Assembly: GCA_028873525.1 (NCBI GenBank)
Contig: JAGWIM010000002.1
Location: 1 to 61,021, forward strand
DNA length: 61,021 nt
DNA from: Pseudomonadota bacterium
GTDB taxonomy: Bacteria > Pseudomonadota > Alphaproteobacteria > Rickettsiales > SXRF01
Direction: 5' to 3'
Numbering within the stretch: the stretch's first letter is position 1; each line of letters begins with the position of its first letter. Position numbers and translations under genes: made by a program. Shown one piece after another: positions 1 to 13,176 of this stretch. The notes below the pieces were generated by a model. The model saw nothing but the letters and a program-made list of their open reading frames with translations. It searched no databases and was not told where the DNA came from.

Positions 1-2593
<2,593 letters not shown>

Positions 2594-2610
<17 letters not shown>

Positions 2611-2926
2611 TGGGATCGAGTTTTTTGAGTAACGCGGTGACCGCGGCTTTCAATGACTGAATGTCGTGCTGAATCTTAGGAATATGAATGTCATCGTAAG
2701 CATGTACAAGTACATGGCGTGTCGCCACAATTTTGCTCCATGGCACTTCGGGTGTCTGTTGTTTTGTTGCTTCCGATAATTTATTGACCGCCTCGCCGAT
2801 AATCTGCATTTGCCGCAGCATCATGTTCCAACGCAATTCATCGGCTGAATCCGTAGTATAATATTTCTCGATTTTGTGAATAGCATCGAGAATGTCATAA
2901 AGGTGATGGGTGTCCGTTGCTTTCAT
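2594..2926 (-). CDS. hepT: HEPN-domain (DUF86) HepT-type toxin
   Basis: 110 aa carrying the R-x4-H HEPN motif ([10 protein letters not shown]). Its start overlaps the stop of the upstream nucleotidyltransferase by 4 nt (ATGA). Its own stop lies 17 nt inside alaS. Confidence 0.85.
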
Positions 2927-3231
2927 AGGGGAGTAACATCATCCTGAATAGTGCGGGCAAAACGAGGTTTCATGCCGTCGTCGCATACGACGTTCACTTC
3001 CCGCCCGAGCACATCTACGCAATCCATATACATTCCGCCTAAATCAAACAGGCTGCAATCCGCCAGCGGATGCACCAGGAAATCCACGTCGCTGTCCGGC
3101 CTGGCATCCCCGCGCGCCACCGAGCCGAAGACGCGGATCGAGTCCGGATCGATTTTATACTGCCGCGCCAGGGACTGGATTTGCGGCTTGAGCTTGCGGA
3201 GTTCTTCGAGGGTCATGCCGCCAGCATACAA
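2923..3231 (-). CDS. mntA: Minimal nucleotidyltransferase (MntA-type antitoxin)
   Basis: Carries the GSVARGDARPDSDVDFLV motif (G-S-x-x-R-G ... D-x-D) typical of MNT antitoxins. An alternative start is the ATG at 3216. Confidence 0.85.
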   Translation of the reverse strand: MYAGGMTLEELRKLKPQIQSLARQYKIDPDSIRVFGSVARGDARPDSDVDFLVHPLADCSLFDLGGMYMDCVDVLGREVNVVCDDGMKPRFARTIQDDVTPL

Positions 3232-3306
3232 AAAATACGGCGGGGGCGCAATATCAGGAATTAGAAACTGGAAACCGGAAGCCTGAACGCATTTTCCGGT
3301 TTCTGT

Positions 3307-4347
<1,041 letters not shown>

Positions 4348-4729
4348 ATGCGGAACTCTCCCTGATAATCATCCATTTAATAAATACTTAAGGCCAATTT
4401 ACACGGATTATCCGGCAGCGCAATGGGGAATTATTAGTTTTGCCAGATCTGGACCATCCTCGCATTGGCCGCGCATACCAATTGTATGTTTCAGCAGATA
4501 GTGCGGGAACGGATCATATCACTGTATTGAAAAAAGGCGGCATTGAATGGCAGTTTTCCTTGATTTTTTCGCAGTGTAATTGTTGATGATTTTGTCCTGA
4601 TTGTCGTTATCTATCACCTTGAACTGGACGCTTAAATAAGTTACGCAGGAGGCCTGTTGAACCGCGATGAGGCTAAGACAAATATCACCCCCGCCCGACT
4701 CAGGGCATTGCCAGTGAGGACGTGTTTAG

Positions 4730-5332
4730 ATGAACGAAATAGAGGCATTTAACCAAGCGCTTTTTTTAAAAATCAACGCCAATGCGGCGACTCCGGTCTG
4801 GGAAATCAATGCGGCGATATTCATCGCCGAGTATCTGATTTACCTGATGCCATTGATCCTGTTGTACATGTGGCTATGGGGAGATCAGGCGCGGCGCAAT
4901 CTGGCGATAAAGGCTTGTCTTGTCGCTATGATTGCCCTTGGGGCCAATCAGTTGATTGGCCTTGCGTGGCAACATCCCCGTCCGTTCGTGATCGGGCTTG
5001 GCCACGACTATCTGCAACATGCGCCGGATTCCTCTTTCCCAAGCGACCATGCGACCGTATTTGCGGGCATTACCCTGACATTGCTGTTTGCGCGCGCCCG
5101 ACGGCTTGGTTCAGTTACGCTGCTACTGGGGACATGCGTGGCATGGGCGAGGGTTTTTCTAGGCATTCATTTTCCGCTGGATATGCTGGGGGCCGTCGTG
5201 GTGGCATCTGTCGTCTGGACGGGCGTTTCACCTGTCTGGCATCGGGGTGGAGCCATGTGTACGCAACTGGCTGAACGGCTCTACCGTAAAGTCATGGCGC
5301 GGCCGATCGCCATGGGATGGACGCGGCGTTAA
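4730..5332 (+). CDS. PAP2-family phosphatase (undecaprenyl-diphosphatase-like membrane protein)
   Basis: PAP2 motifs are present: WQHPRPF, FPSDHAT and ARVFLGIHFPLD. Several hydrophobic helices are evident. Confidence 0.8.
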   Translation: MNEIEAFNQALFLKINANAATPVWEINAAIFIAEYLIYLMPLILLYMWLWGDQARRNLAIKACLVAMIALGANQLIGLAWQHPRPFVIGLGHDYLQHAPDSSFPSDHATVFAGITLTLLFARARRLGSVTLLLGTCVAWARVFLGIHFPLDMLGAVVVASVVWTGVSPVWHRGGAMCTQLAERLYRKVMARPIAMGWTRR

Positions 5333-5395
5333 ATAAAACGCTGAATTTTCATGCTTTCATTGATTATTAAGAAATTCCGTGGTACAATTGCGCCC

Positions 5396-5782
5396 ATGTG
5401 TGCGCTGAGAAAATCATTGCTGATCATGCTCTGCCTGGCGATTTCCGTCGCCGGTTTTCCGGTTATGGCGGCGGCGGGAAGTCAATGCCCAATGATGGCC
5501 AAAATGCAGACGCGGCAGATGGATATGCAGGGCATGAAGGGCTGCAAGGGCTGCGCTAAAACAGCCGATAAGCGGCAACAGAAAAAAGGCGGCTGCTGCG
5601 GCGACATGGCCTGCGCCGCGAAATGTGCGTCCATGAGCGGTGCCGGTAACGTATTCCTCGGCGCGCAGCATAATGTTTCACTTTCTTCGGTCAGCAAAGC
5701 AGAGCGTTTCTATGGCTCCGATCGTGTGCTGGCCCCGCACCTCTTAGGCACCCAAGACCGTCCCCCCAAGCGCCTTTCGTAG
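5396..5782 (+). CDS. Secreted Cys/Met-rich hypothetical protein, a possible metal-binding accessory of the efflux operon
   Basis: A signal-peptide-like N-terminus (LLIMLCLAISVAGFPVMAAAG) is followed by CPMMAKMQTRQMDMQGMKGCKGC...GGCCGDMACAAKC. The gene sits directly upstream of the RND efflux genes. The ORF could instead start at 5351. Confidence 0.5.
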   Translation: MCALRKSLLIMLCLAISVAGFPVMAAAGSQCPMMAKMQTRQMDMQGMKGCKGCAKTADKRQQKKGGCCGDMACAAKCASMSGAGNVFLGAQHNVSLSSVSKAERFYGSDRVLAPHLLGTQDRPPKRLS

Positions 5783-5901
5783 GGTAACTGCGCTCATTTT
5801 CCGCGTGGCCCGGCCATTCGTATATTCGGTGTAAGTTTACCCTCTTTGCATTCCCTGCCACGGCGTAGGCCGTGGCGCGTCAAGCAACACGAGAGGTTTC
5901 A

Positions 5902-7137
5902 ATGTTCAGAATTGTTATTGCGGCGCTGCTGGTGCTGATCGGCGCGGCGCTACCGGCAAGGGCGGCGGAATCCGCCTACGCCGCGCAGGATAGTCAGCCG
6001 CAGGAAACCGCGGCATTCGCCCGGCTGCTGGAAAAGCTGAAGCAGCATCCGGAAATCCGGTCTTATGCCAGCCGCACGGAATCCTCGCGGGATTACGCCG
6101 AGGGCGAGCTTGGGCTGCCCGATCCGGTGCTGTTCATGGAACAGCAGAATTATCCCATCGGTTCCAGCACGTCGCAGATGCTGGAAATGAAGAGCATCGG
6201 TTTCAGGCAGGAAATCCCTGCCTTCGGCACGCGCGGCGCGAAGTCCGAAAAGATACAGGCCGAGGCGCACAAGAGCAGGCTGGCGCAGGCCTATGCTTTT
6301 GCCGCCATGAAAGCGAAACTGATTGCCGTATTGGCTGCTTGGCGATCCATCCGCGAGCAGGAAAAGCTGCTCGACGAACAGGCCGGCCTGTTTAGTTTCG
6401 AAAGAACCAGCCTCAAAGGCCGCATCGCCGCAAACCAGACCGGCGTCAGCCGGCTTTCGATGAGTCAGGCGGACAGCACCGAAGTACAGCTCAGGCGCGC
6501 CGACCTGGAGGAGAAAAAGCACGGGGTGATGGATATGCTCGCCAACATGGTGGGGGAAACGCTTTATGTCGGGCCGCCGCCGGTGAAACTGGCCGCATGG
6601 GATAACGATCCCGACAAAACCTATCCGGTCAAAATTGCCGCCGAGGATATCACGATGGCGCGCAAGGAAGTGGATATGCGCGACGCCGAGTTCGGCCCGC
6701 ATTTTGAGGTGCAGGCGGGCTACGGCCGCATGAATAACGGCGATAACGCCGGAACCGTGATGGTTGGCCTCAGCATCCCGTTATGGGCTTCCGAAAGCCA
6801 GAGGCCGAAGCTGAATGGCGCGAAGGCGGCGCTGCATTCTTCCGAGTTGGATCAGGATGCCGTCAAGCGCGACACCATAGAAAAACTCAACTATTTGAAA
6901 GCGCAGATCGACATCAGCGCGCAGAAGATCGAATTACTCGAAACCAAGGATACTGACCTGGCCACCGCCGCACGCGCGCTTGCCAGGGAGTATGAGGCGG
7001 GCAAGGCCGATATGGCCATGATCCTCAAGACGCGGCGGGACGCCCTTTCCGTCCGTATTTCCCTGGCGCAGGAGCAGGCGAAACGCATCGCTCTCATCGC
7101 CGATTTCAACCACTACATCATAGGAGACGCGCTGTGA
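5902..7137 (+). CDS. Outer-membrane efflux protein (TolC/CusC family)
   Basis: About 410 aa with a signal peptide (MFRIVIAALLVLIGAALPARA) and the coiled-coil/beta-barrel repeat character of OMF proteins. It is the first gene of the coupled efflux operon. The sequence GAGAGG lies 8 nt upstream of the ATG at 5902. Confidence 0.85.
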   Translation: MFRIVIAALLVLIGAALPARAAESAYAAQDSQPQETAAFARLLEKLKQHPEIRSYASRTESSRDYAEGELGLPDPVLFMEQQNYPIGSSTSQMLEMKSIGFRQEIPAFGTRGAKSEKIQAEAHKSRLAQAYAFAAMKAKLIAVLAAWRSIREQEKLLDEQAGLFSFERTSLKGRIAANQTGVSRLSMSQADSTEVQLRRADLEEKKHGVMDMLANMVGETLYVGPPPVKLAAWDNDPDKTYPVKIAAEDITMARKEVDMRDAEFGPHFEVQAGYGRMNNGDNAGTVMVGLSIPLWASESQRPKLNGAKAALHSSELDQDAVKRDTIEKLNYLKAQIDISAQKIELLETKDTDLATAARALAREYEAGKADMAMILKTRRDALSVRISLAQEQAKRIALIADFNHYIIGDAL

Positions 7138-7463
7138 AAAAATCCCTCATCTTTTTTGCCATTTTCCTAATGCTGCTGAACGGCGCCGCCTGCGCCGCCG
7201 ATGTCACCGATCCGCTGAATAAGCCGTCACCGCTCACGATAGAACAAGCGATGCAGTTACTGCACGACAGCAAACCGGTTTATTCCTGCGGCATGAAACC
7301 CAATTGGTTCTCCGGCAAGCCCGGCCAATGCCCTTGCTGCACGATGTCCCTCATGAAAGTGAAGGCCATCAATGGCGGCAAGGCTGTGTTTGAGGAAGGC
7401 AATTCCATGAATATGGACATGAAAAATATGCCCATGAAAGATAACGGGATGGAGAAAAAATAA
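7134..7463 (+). CDS. Small periplasmic protein with a degenerate heavy-metal-binding-domain-like motif and a Met-rich tail
   Basis: A signal peptide is followed by YSCGMKPNWFSGKPGQCPCCTMSLMKV, which resembles the YxCPMHPxxxxxxPGxCPxCGMxL domain found on CusB and P-type ATPases. The C-terminus is NSMNMDMKNMPMKDNGM. The GTG start overlaps the upstream stop codon. Confidence 0.6.
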   Translation: MKKSLIFFAIFLMLLNGAACAADVTDPLNKPSPLTIEQAMQLLHDSKPVYSCGMKPNWFSGKPGQCPCCTMSLMKVKAINGGKAVFEEGNSMNMDMKNMPMKDNGMEKK

Positions 7464-8698
7464 TGAAACGTTCGCCGTTGCCGCTTCTGGTGGGCGCCGT
7501 CATCGGTATCCAGGCATTGCTGCCTTGGTTGCCGGCGCAGGCGGAAACAAAGGCCGATCAGCATCACAAGGTGCTCTACTGGTACGATCCGATGCGGCCG
7601 GAGCAGCATTTCGACAAGCCGGGGAAATCGCCGTTCATGGACATGGCGCTGGTACCTGAATACGCCGATGAAGTAAGCGGTGTTGGCACCGGAGACAGGC
7701 CGGTCGTTTCCATCGGCGCCGCAACCATCCAGAAAATGGGCGTGCGCACGGCGAAGGTGGAAAAAAGTGCGCTGGGCGGAACTCTCCGCGCCACCGGCAT
7801 CGTCATGGATAACGAACGCGCACGGCATGACGTATTCACTCAGGTCGAAGGCCGCATCGAGGATTTGAAAGTGAGCGCACAGGGCGATCCAGTGAAAAAA
7901 GGCGAGGTGTTTTACAGCATCGTCAGCCCCGACCTGGTAACGTTGCAGAACGATTACATCGCGGCGCTTTCGGGCGGAATGAAAGACCTGGCCGCTGCCG
8001 TTGCCCGGCGCATGAAGCTGCTGGATGTCGATAGCCGGGTGATCGCGGCGCTGGCGAAAACGCGCAAAGCCTGTGACAAAGTGCCGTTTTATGTTCCCGC
8101 CGATGGCGTGTTGACCAGGCTCGATGTCAGGAACGGTGCTTACCTGAAAGCGGGCGACATGGTGGGGCAGATACAGGATTTATCCACGGTATGGGTCGAA
8201 GCCGCCGTGCCGGAAGGCGATTTGCCCACGGTGAAAGCTGGTGACAGCGCCACCATTATCTTTACCGGCGATCCCCACACATATCACGCCAGGGTGGATT
8301 ATATTTACCCCACCATCAACGCTGAAACGCGCGACGGCAAGGTGCGTCTTATCGTAGATAACAAGGACGGTAGCCTCAAGCCAGCCGGTTACGCCACCGT
8401 GGAATTCGCTGCCGCAACGACCGAACGCCTGACAGTGCCAAGCGAGGCGATCCTGCGCGGCAGTGCCGGCAGCCATGTCATCATCGCGCTGGGCGGCGGA
8501 AAATTCCAGGCACGCGACGTGGTAACCGGCGCAACCGGCGGCGGGCAAACCGAAATCCTCTCCGGCCTCAAGGAAGGCGAAGATGTCGTCACCAGCGCGC
8601 AGTTCATGATAGATTCGGAATCCAATTTGCAGGAATCGTTACAGAAACTGAGTGCGCCGGTTGCGCCGAAACAAGGAGATATGAATCATGATAAATAA
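7463..8698 (+). CDS. cusB: Efflux RND periplasmic adaptor (CusB-like membrane fusion protein)
   Basis: The N-terminal motif YWYDPMRPEQHFDKPGKSPFMDMALVP is typical of CusB-type adaptors. The start overlaps the previous stop by 1 nt. Confidence 0.9.
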   Translation: MKRSPLPLLVGAVIGIQALLPWLPAQAETKADQHHKVLYWYDPMRPEQHFDKPGKSPFMDMALVPEYADEVSGVGTGDRPVVSIGAATIQKMGVRTAKVEKSALGGTLRATGIVMDNERARHDVFTQVEGRIEDLKVSAQGDPVKKGEVFYSIVSPDLVTLQNDYIAALSGGMKDLAAAVARRMKLLDVDSRVIAALAKTRKACDKVPFYVPADGVLTRLDVRNGAYLKAGDMVGQIQDLSTVWVEAAVPEGDLPTVKAGDSATIIFTGDPHTYHARVDYIYPTINAETRDGKVRLIVDNKDGSLKPAGYATVEFAAATTERLTVPSEAILRGSAGSHVIIALGGGKFQARDVVTGATGGGQTEILSGLKEGEDVVTSAQFMIDSESNLQESLQKLSAPVAPKQGDMNHDK

Positions 8699-8918
8699 AA
8701 TGCAAACCGCGCAACTAACGTCCACTATCCGCTGTCCTCATTGCGGTTTTGAAAAGAAGGAAACCATGCCTACAGATGCCTGCGTTTATTTTTATGATTG
8801 CGCGGAATGCGGGCGGCGATTATCGCCGAAACCAGGCGACTGCTGCGTATTCTGCTCCTACGGCACGGTGAAATGTCCGCCGAAACAGGCAGGATGCGAG
8901 TGTTCCCATGACCAATAA
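8688..8918 (+). CDS. GDCCVxC-domain small Cys-rich protein
   Basis: 76 aa containing CPHCG...DACVYFYDCAECG...PGDCCVFCSYGTVKCPP, the signature of the GDCCVxC family seen in metal-resistance loci. It overlaps both cusB (11 nt) and cusA (11 nt). Confidence 0.75.
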   Translation: MINKMQTAQLTSTIRCPHCGFEKKETMPTDACVYFYDCAECGRRLSPKPGDCCVFCSYGTVKCPPKQAGCECSHDQ

Positions 8919-11900
8919 TCTCTCGCACGATCCTACTAAAACCGCTGTCGCCCGTGTCATAGAATGGTCGGTGGAGAACCCGCTGCTGGTGTCGATTTTC
9001 GCATTCGCGCTGCTGGCGGGCGGCATATTCGCCATACAACGCACGCCGCTCGACGCCATTCCCGACCTGTCGGATACCCAAGTCATCATCCGCACCGATT
9101 TCGCGGGACAGGCTCCGCAGATCATCGAGGATACCGTGACCTATCCGCTCTCCACGGCCATGCTCGGCGTGCCGAGGGCAAAAGCGGTGCGCGGCTATTC
9201 GATGTTCGGCGTATCGTTCGTCTATGTCATTTTCAAGGACGGTACCGATCAATACTGGGCGCGGTCGCGCGTACTGGAAGCGCTGTCGAAGATTGGGGCG
9301 CAGCTTCCGCCCAGCGCCAGGCCGCAGATCGGGCCGGACGCCACCGGCGTCGGCTGGATATTTGAATATGCGCTGGTCGATAAAAGCGGCAAGCACGACC
9401 TGGCACAACTGCGCAGCTTGCAGGACTGGTTCCTCAAATTCGAATTGGCGACCGTGCCGGGCGTGGCGGAAGTGGCCAGCGTCGGCGGCTTCGTGAAGGA
9501 ATATCAGGTGCTGGTTGATCCTGTAAAACTACGCGCTTTCGGTATTCCACTGTCGCGCGTCGAGGACGTCATCAAGTCCTCCAGCCGGGAAACCGGCGGG
9601 CGCGTCATCGAGCAGGCGGAAACCGAGTTTATCGTGCGCTCCAAAGGCTATGTTACCAAAACCGCCGATCTCGAAAAGCTGGTGCTGAAAGTCAGGGGCG
9701 GCACGCCGGTTATGATTTCGGACGTGGCGCGCGTCATCGAGGGACCAGAGTTGCGGCGCGGCGTGGCGGAGTTGAACGGCGACGGCGAAGTGGTGGGCGG
9801 CATCATCATCATGCGTTCCGGCTATAATGCGCTTACTGTCATCAAGGCCATTAAGGGAAAAATTCAAGCCATAAAGCCCGGTCTGCCGGAAGGCGTAGAA
9901 GTCGTGCCGGTCTATGACCGCAGCGGCCTGATCAAAGGCTCGGTCGATTATCTGACCCGCAAGCTCATTGAGGAAGCGATTGTCGTATCGCTGGTCTGCC
10001 TGATTTTCCTGCTGCACGTCCGCTCGTCGTTTGTGGCGATTGTCACCCTGCCGCTGGGCGTGCTGGCGGCGTTTATTGTTATGTCGTGGCAGGGCATCAC
10101 GGCCAATATCATGTCGCTGGGCGGCATCGCCATTGCCGTCGGCGCGATGGTCGACGCCAGTATTGTCATGGTGGAAAACGCCCACCGCAAGCTGTCAGAG
10201 ATAACGGGCGGCACGGTGCAGGAAAAGCGTGATGCGCTGTTGCTAGCGGCGAAGGAAGTCGGGCCTGGGCTGTTTTTTTCCCTGCTGATTATCACCGTAT
10301 CATTTTTACCTGTGTTTGCGCTCACCGGCCAGTCGGCGCGGCTGTTTGCGCCGCTGGCCTTTACCAAAACCTATTCAATGGCGGCGGCTTCAATTCTCTC
10401 CGTGACGGTGGTGCCGCTGCTTATGCTGTGGCTGATCCGCGGTCGCCTCCTTCCTGAGGCCGCCAATCCGATCAATCGTTTTTTTATCAGGCTTTATCAA
10501 CCCATTCTGGCGCTGGCTTTGCACCGGAAATGGTTGACATTGATTATTGCAGGCGCGCTGCTGGTCAGCATGGCGATCCCCATTTTCCGCACCGGCAGCG
10601 AATTCATGCCCGCGCTCTACGAGGGCGATCTGCTTTATATGCCGGTCACCCTGCCGGGCGCATCGGTTGCTGAAGCCAAGCGCATCCTGCAAATCACCGA
10701 CCGCACCATCAAGCAGACGCCGGAAGTAGAATCCGTATTCGGCAAGGCTGGTCAATCCGACAGTGCGACCGATCCTGCGCCGATTTCGATGATGGAAACC
10801 GTGGTAAGGTTGAAGCCCCGCGGCCAATGGCGGCCAGGCATGACGGTGGATAAGCTGATCAAGGAAATGGACGCCGCAACGAAAATGCCGGGGCTGGTGA
10901 ACAGTTGGGGCTACCCGATCAAAACCCGTCTCGACATGGTAACGACCGGTATCCGCACGCCGGTCGGCATCGAGATATCGGGCGATAACCTGAACACCAT
11001 CGGCGAGGTTGCCCTGCAGGTGGAACAGGCGGTAAAAAATATTTCCGGCACGCGCTCGGCCTTCGCCGACCGGGTAATGGGCGCGAAATATCTTGAGATT
11101 GTTCCGAACCGTGACGCCATCGCCCGCTATGGCATCGACCTCGGCACCGTGCAGGAAGTGATAGCCAGCGCGCTCGGCGGCGTGCGCCTGGCCGAATCGG
11201 TGCAGGGCCGCGAACGCTACGGCATCATGCTGCGCTACGACCGGCCTTTCCGCGAATCCATCGGGGACGTGAAGGATATTCTGGTGGCCGCGCCGGACGG
11301 CGCGCAGATACCGCTCGGCGAGCTGGCGGCTATCACCATCACTAACGGCCCGCCGATGATCGTCTCCGAGAACGCGCGACTCAACGGCTGGGTATATGTG
11401 GACATCGCGGGACGAGACATCGGCAGCTATGTGAAGGAAGCACAGCGCGTGGTGGCGGAAAAGGTGAAGCTGCCAGCGGGCTATTCCATCGGCTGGTCAG
11501 GCCAGTTCGAGCAGATGCTGGAAGCCCGCGCCCGGCTTAACATTGCCATTCCCGCCACCATCGCTATCATTTTCGTGCTGCTGATCCTGCATTTCGGCAG
11601 GCTGGATCGCACGCTGATGGTGATGCTGTCGCTGCCTTTCGGCCTGGTCGGCGGCATGTGGACGCTGTACCTTGCCAATTATAATTTCTCGGTTGCCGTA
11701 GCGGTTGGCTTTATCGCACTGGCCGGTGTCGCCGTCGAAACCACTGTGATCATGTTGATCTATCTCGACCAGCAGGTGCGCCATCACCCACCACAAAACC
11801 GGCAGCAGCTATTCGACGCCGTCATGCATGGCGCGGTGCTGCGCGTGCGGCCCAAACTGATGACGGTATCGGTTATCGTTGCCGGTCTGCTGCCGATATT

Positions 11901-12048
11901 TTTCACCGAAGGCTTCGGTTCCGACGTCATGCGGCGCATTGCGTTGCCGATGGTCGGCGGCATGGTCACCACCACGCTGCTGACGCTGATTTTTGTTCCG
12001 GTGGTGTATTATATTTATGAGGGAAAGAGATTGGAGAGAAGGCCATAA
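8908..12048 (+). CDS. cusA: Heavy-metal efflux RND permease (CusA/CzcA family)
   Basis: 1046 aa with 12-TM RND architecture and typical HME-RND sequence throughout. Confidence 0.95.
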   Translation: MTNNLSHDPTKTAVARVIEWSVENPLLVSIFAFALLAGGIFAIQRTPLDAIPDLSDTQVIIRTDFAGQAPQIIEDTVTYPLSTAMLGVPRAKAVRGYSMFGVSFVYVIFKDGTDQYWARSRVLEALSKIGAQLPPSARPQIGPDATGVGWIFEYALVDKSGKHDLAQLRSLQDWFLKFELATVPGVAEVASVGGFVKEYQVLVDPVKLRAFGIPLSRVEDVIKSSSRETGGRVIEQAETEFIVRSKGYVTKTADLEKLVLKVRGGTPVMISDVARVIEGPELRRGVAELNGDGEVVGGIIIMRSGYNALTVIKAIKGKIQAIKPGLPEGVEVVPVYDRSGLIKGSVDYLTRKLIEEAIVVSLVCLIFLLHVRSSFVAIVTLPLGVLAAFIVMSWQGITANIMSLGGIAIAVGAMVDASIVMVENAHRKLSEITGGTVQEKRDALLLAAKEVGPGLFFSLLIITVSFLPVFALTGQSARLFAPLAFTKTYSMAAASILSVTVVPLLMLWLIRGRLLPEAANPINRFFIRLYQPILALALHRKWLTLIIAGALLVSMAIPIFRTGSEFMPALYEGDLLYMPVTLPGASVAEAKRILQITDRTIKQTPEVESVFGKAGQSDSATDPAPISMMETVVRLKPRGQWRPGMTVDKLIKEMDAATKMPGLVNSWGYPIKTRLDMVTTGIRTPVGIEISGDNLNTIGEVALQVEQAVKNISGTRSAFADRVMGAKYLEIVPNRDAIARYGIDLGTVQEVIASALGGVRLAESVQGRERYGIMLRYDRPFRESIGDVKDILVAAPDGAQIPLGELAAITITNGPPMIVSENARLNGWVYVDIAGRDIGSYVKEAQRVVAEKVKLPAGYSIGWSGQFEQMLEARARLNIAIPATIAIIFVLLILHFGRLDRTLMVMLSLPFGLVGGMWTLYLANYNFSVAVAVGFIALAGVAVETTVIMLIYLDQQVRHHPPQNRQQLFDAVMHGAVLRVRPKLMTVSVIVAGLLPIFFTEGFGSDVMRRIALPMVGGMVTTTLLTLIFVPVVYYIYEGKRLERRP

Positions 12049-12324
12049 AACAGAAACCACGGCTCCAAAAAGAAATCTTTTCCAACCGTTTATTGATACA
12101 ATCCTGCGCCATGTTCCGGCCATTCCCCGAATTCTGCTTTTACAACATTCCAGGGGACTCCAGCCTTTTACCGGAACATCCTGGAGTCGCCTATGCGATC
12201 CGGGTGATGACGGAGTAAATCAAAAATACTGTAATATTCCAGCTATAGTATTTCAATTTTTCAGGTCATTTCCACCATTGTGAAAGTTGCCCGCCCATTG
12301 TTCCCGGCGGCCGGTCTGAAAGAG

Positions 12325-12648
12325 TTACTGCATCTGCCGTTCCTGGGCGCGGGTGAAGGCATCGTCGCCATTCCGCCCGGCGGGACCGAAGGCCGTATTA
12401 TTGCCGTTACCGTACAGTTGCATCTGGACACTGCCGTTGGGTTGCGTCATCTGGCCGCCATCGTCGAGATGCGCGACGGGGATATTATCATCGGGGTCGT
12501 CAAACTTAGCCGATCCGTTGGCGGCGGTGTCAGTCGTATTGTCGATCTCCAGGGCAAAGGCCTGGCTGGCCAGCAGCGTTGCCATCACAAGTGCGTTGAT
12601 TATAAGGCGGAAAGGGTGCATGGCGATTCTCCTGCTATGTGCTCGCAA
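12325..12648 (-). CDS. Hypothetical secreted protein
   Basis: A signal-peptide-like segment (MHPFRLIINALVMATLLASQAFA, alternative start 12621) is followed by an Asp/Asn/Gly-rich mature part. I prefer it to the antisense ORF at 12280-12759, which has no recognisable features. Confidence 0.4.
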   Translation of the reverse strand: MRAHSRRIAMHPFRLIINALVMATLLASQAFALEIDNTTDTAANGSAKFDDPDDNIPVAHLDDGGQMTQPNGSVQMQLYGNGNNTAFGPAGRNGDDAFTRAQERQMQ

Positions 12649-12686
12649 CCGGGCACCATCATACGCTTTCCGGGTGGGAATACAAC

Positions 12687-12727
12687 AAAAACCCCGCCCT
12701 CCTTACAAACGGGGGAGAGCGGGGCTT
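12687..12727 (-). terminator. Rho-independent terminator downstream of the DUF378 gene
   Basis: On the minus strand a GC-rich hairpin (CCCCGCTCTCCCCC...GGAGGGCGGGG) is followed by TTTTTGTTGT. Confidence 0.5.
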
Positions 12728-12755
12728 TATTCTGTCTGATAGCGCTATCGAGAAC

Positions 12756-12947
12756 CTAAGCCACTTTTTTAAGCAGCGTCGTATAGTTGCTAAGCAACAT
12801 ATACAAGCCCGATAAGCCCACCAGCACGTTGATAATATGGCTTAAGTCGCCAAATATCGCGTTGATCACGTCCACATGCACAATCGACGACAAGCCGATG
12901 TTCGCTGCGCTGACAATGACCAGCAAAAGTGCTAATTTGTGCCACAT
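12756..12947 (-). CDS. DUF378-family small membrane protein
   Basis: 63 aa with two hydrophobic helices and a sequence pattern typical of DUF378 (YuzA-like) proteins. Confidence 0.7.
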   Translation of the reverse strand: MWHKLALLLVIVSAANIGLSSIVHVDVINAIFGDLSHIINVLVGLSGLYMLLSNYTTLLKKVA

Positions 12948-13176
12948 ATGCTTCTTGGTACCTCCCTGTGTTGCGGGTTAAAAACCTCTTTTAACCCTAC
13001 GAACCCATCATAGCATGAAATGCTGCATTGCACAATAAGTATCACAAGAATATACTGCACTGCAGCAATAAGGTTTATAATGCTGTATTATAAATATTTT
13101 ACTTAGTAATGGATGGTGCCACAGTCTTTGGCGTTTCTTTTTCTCCGGAAAGAGATATAATCCGCCGCTTAATCCT

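Noticed and set aside
12280-12759. A 159-aa ORF on the + strand.
   Set aside because: It overlaps the minus-strand ORF that has a plausible signal peptide, and it runs through the minus-strand terminator hairpin. It has no motifs, so I preferred the minus-strand call, though only weakly.
12975-12997. A 9-bp-arm perfect palindrome GGGTTAAAA-acctc-TTTTAACCC upstream of the DUF378 gene, superficially similar to the 48571-48591 palindrome.
   Set aside because: It is a single occurrence in an AT-rich promoter region. The half-sites differ from the sdhC-upstream palindrome and the TTAA spacing is N9, not N7. There is not enough evidence for a shared regulator.
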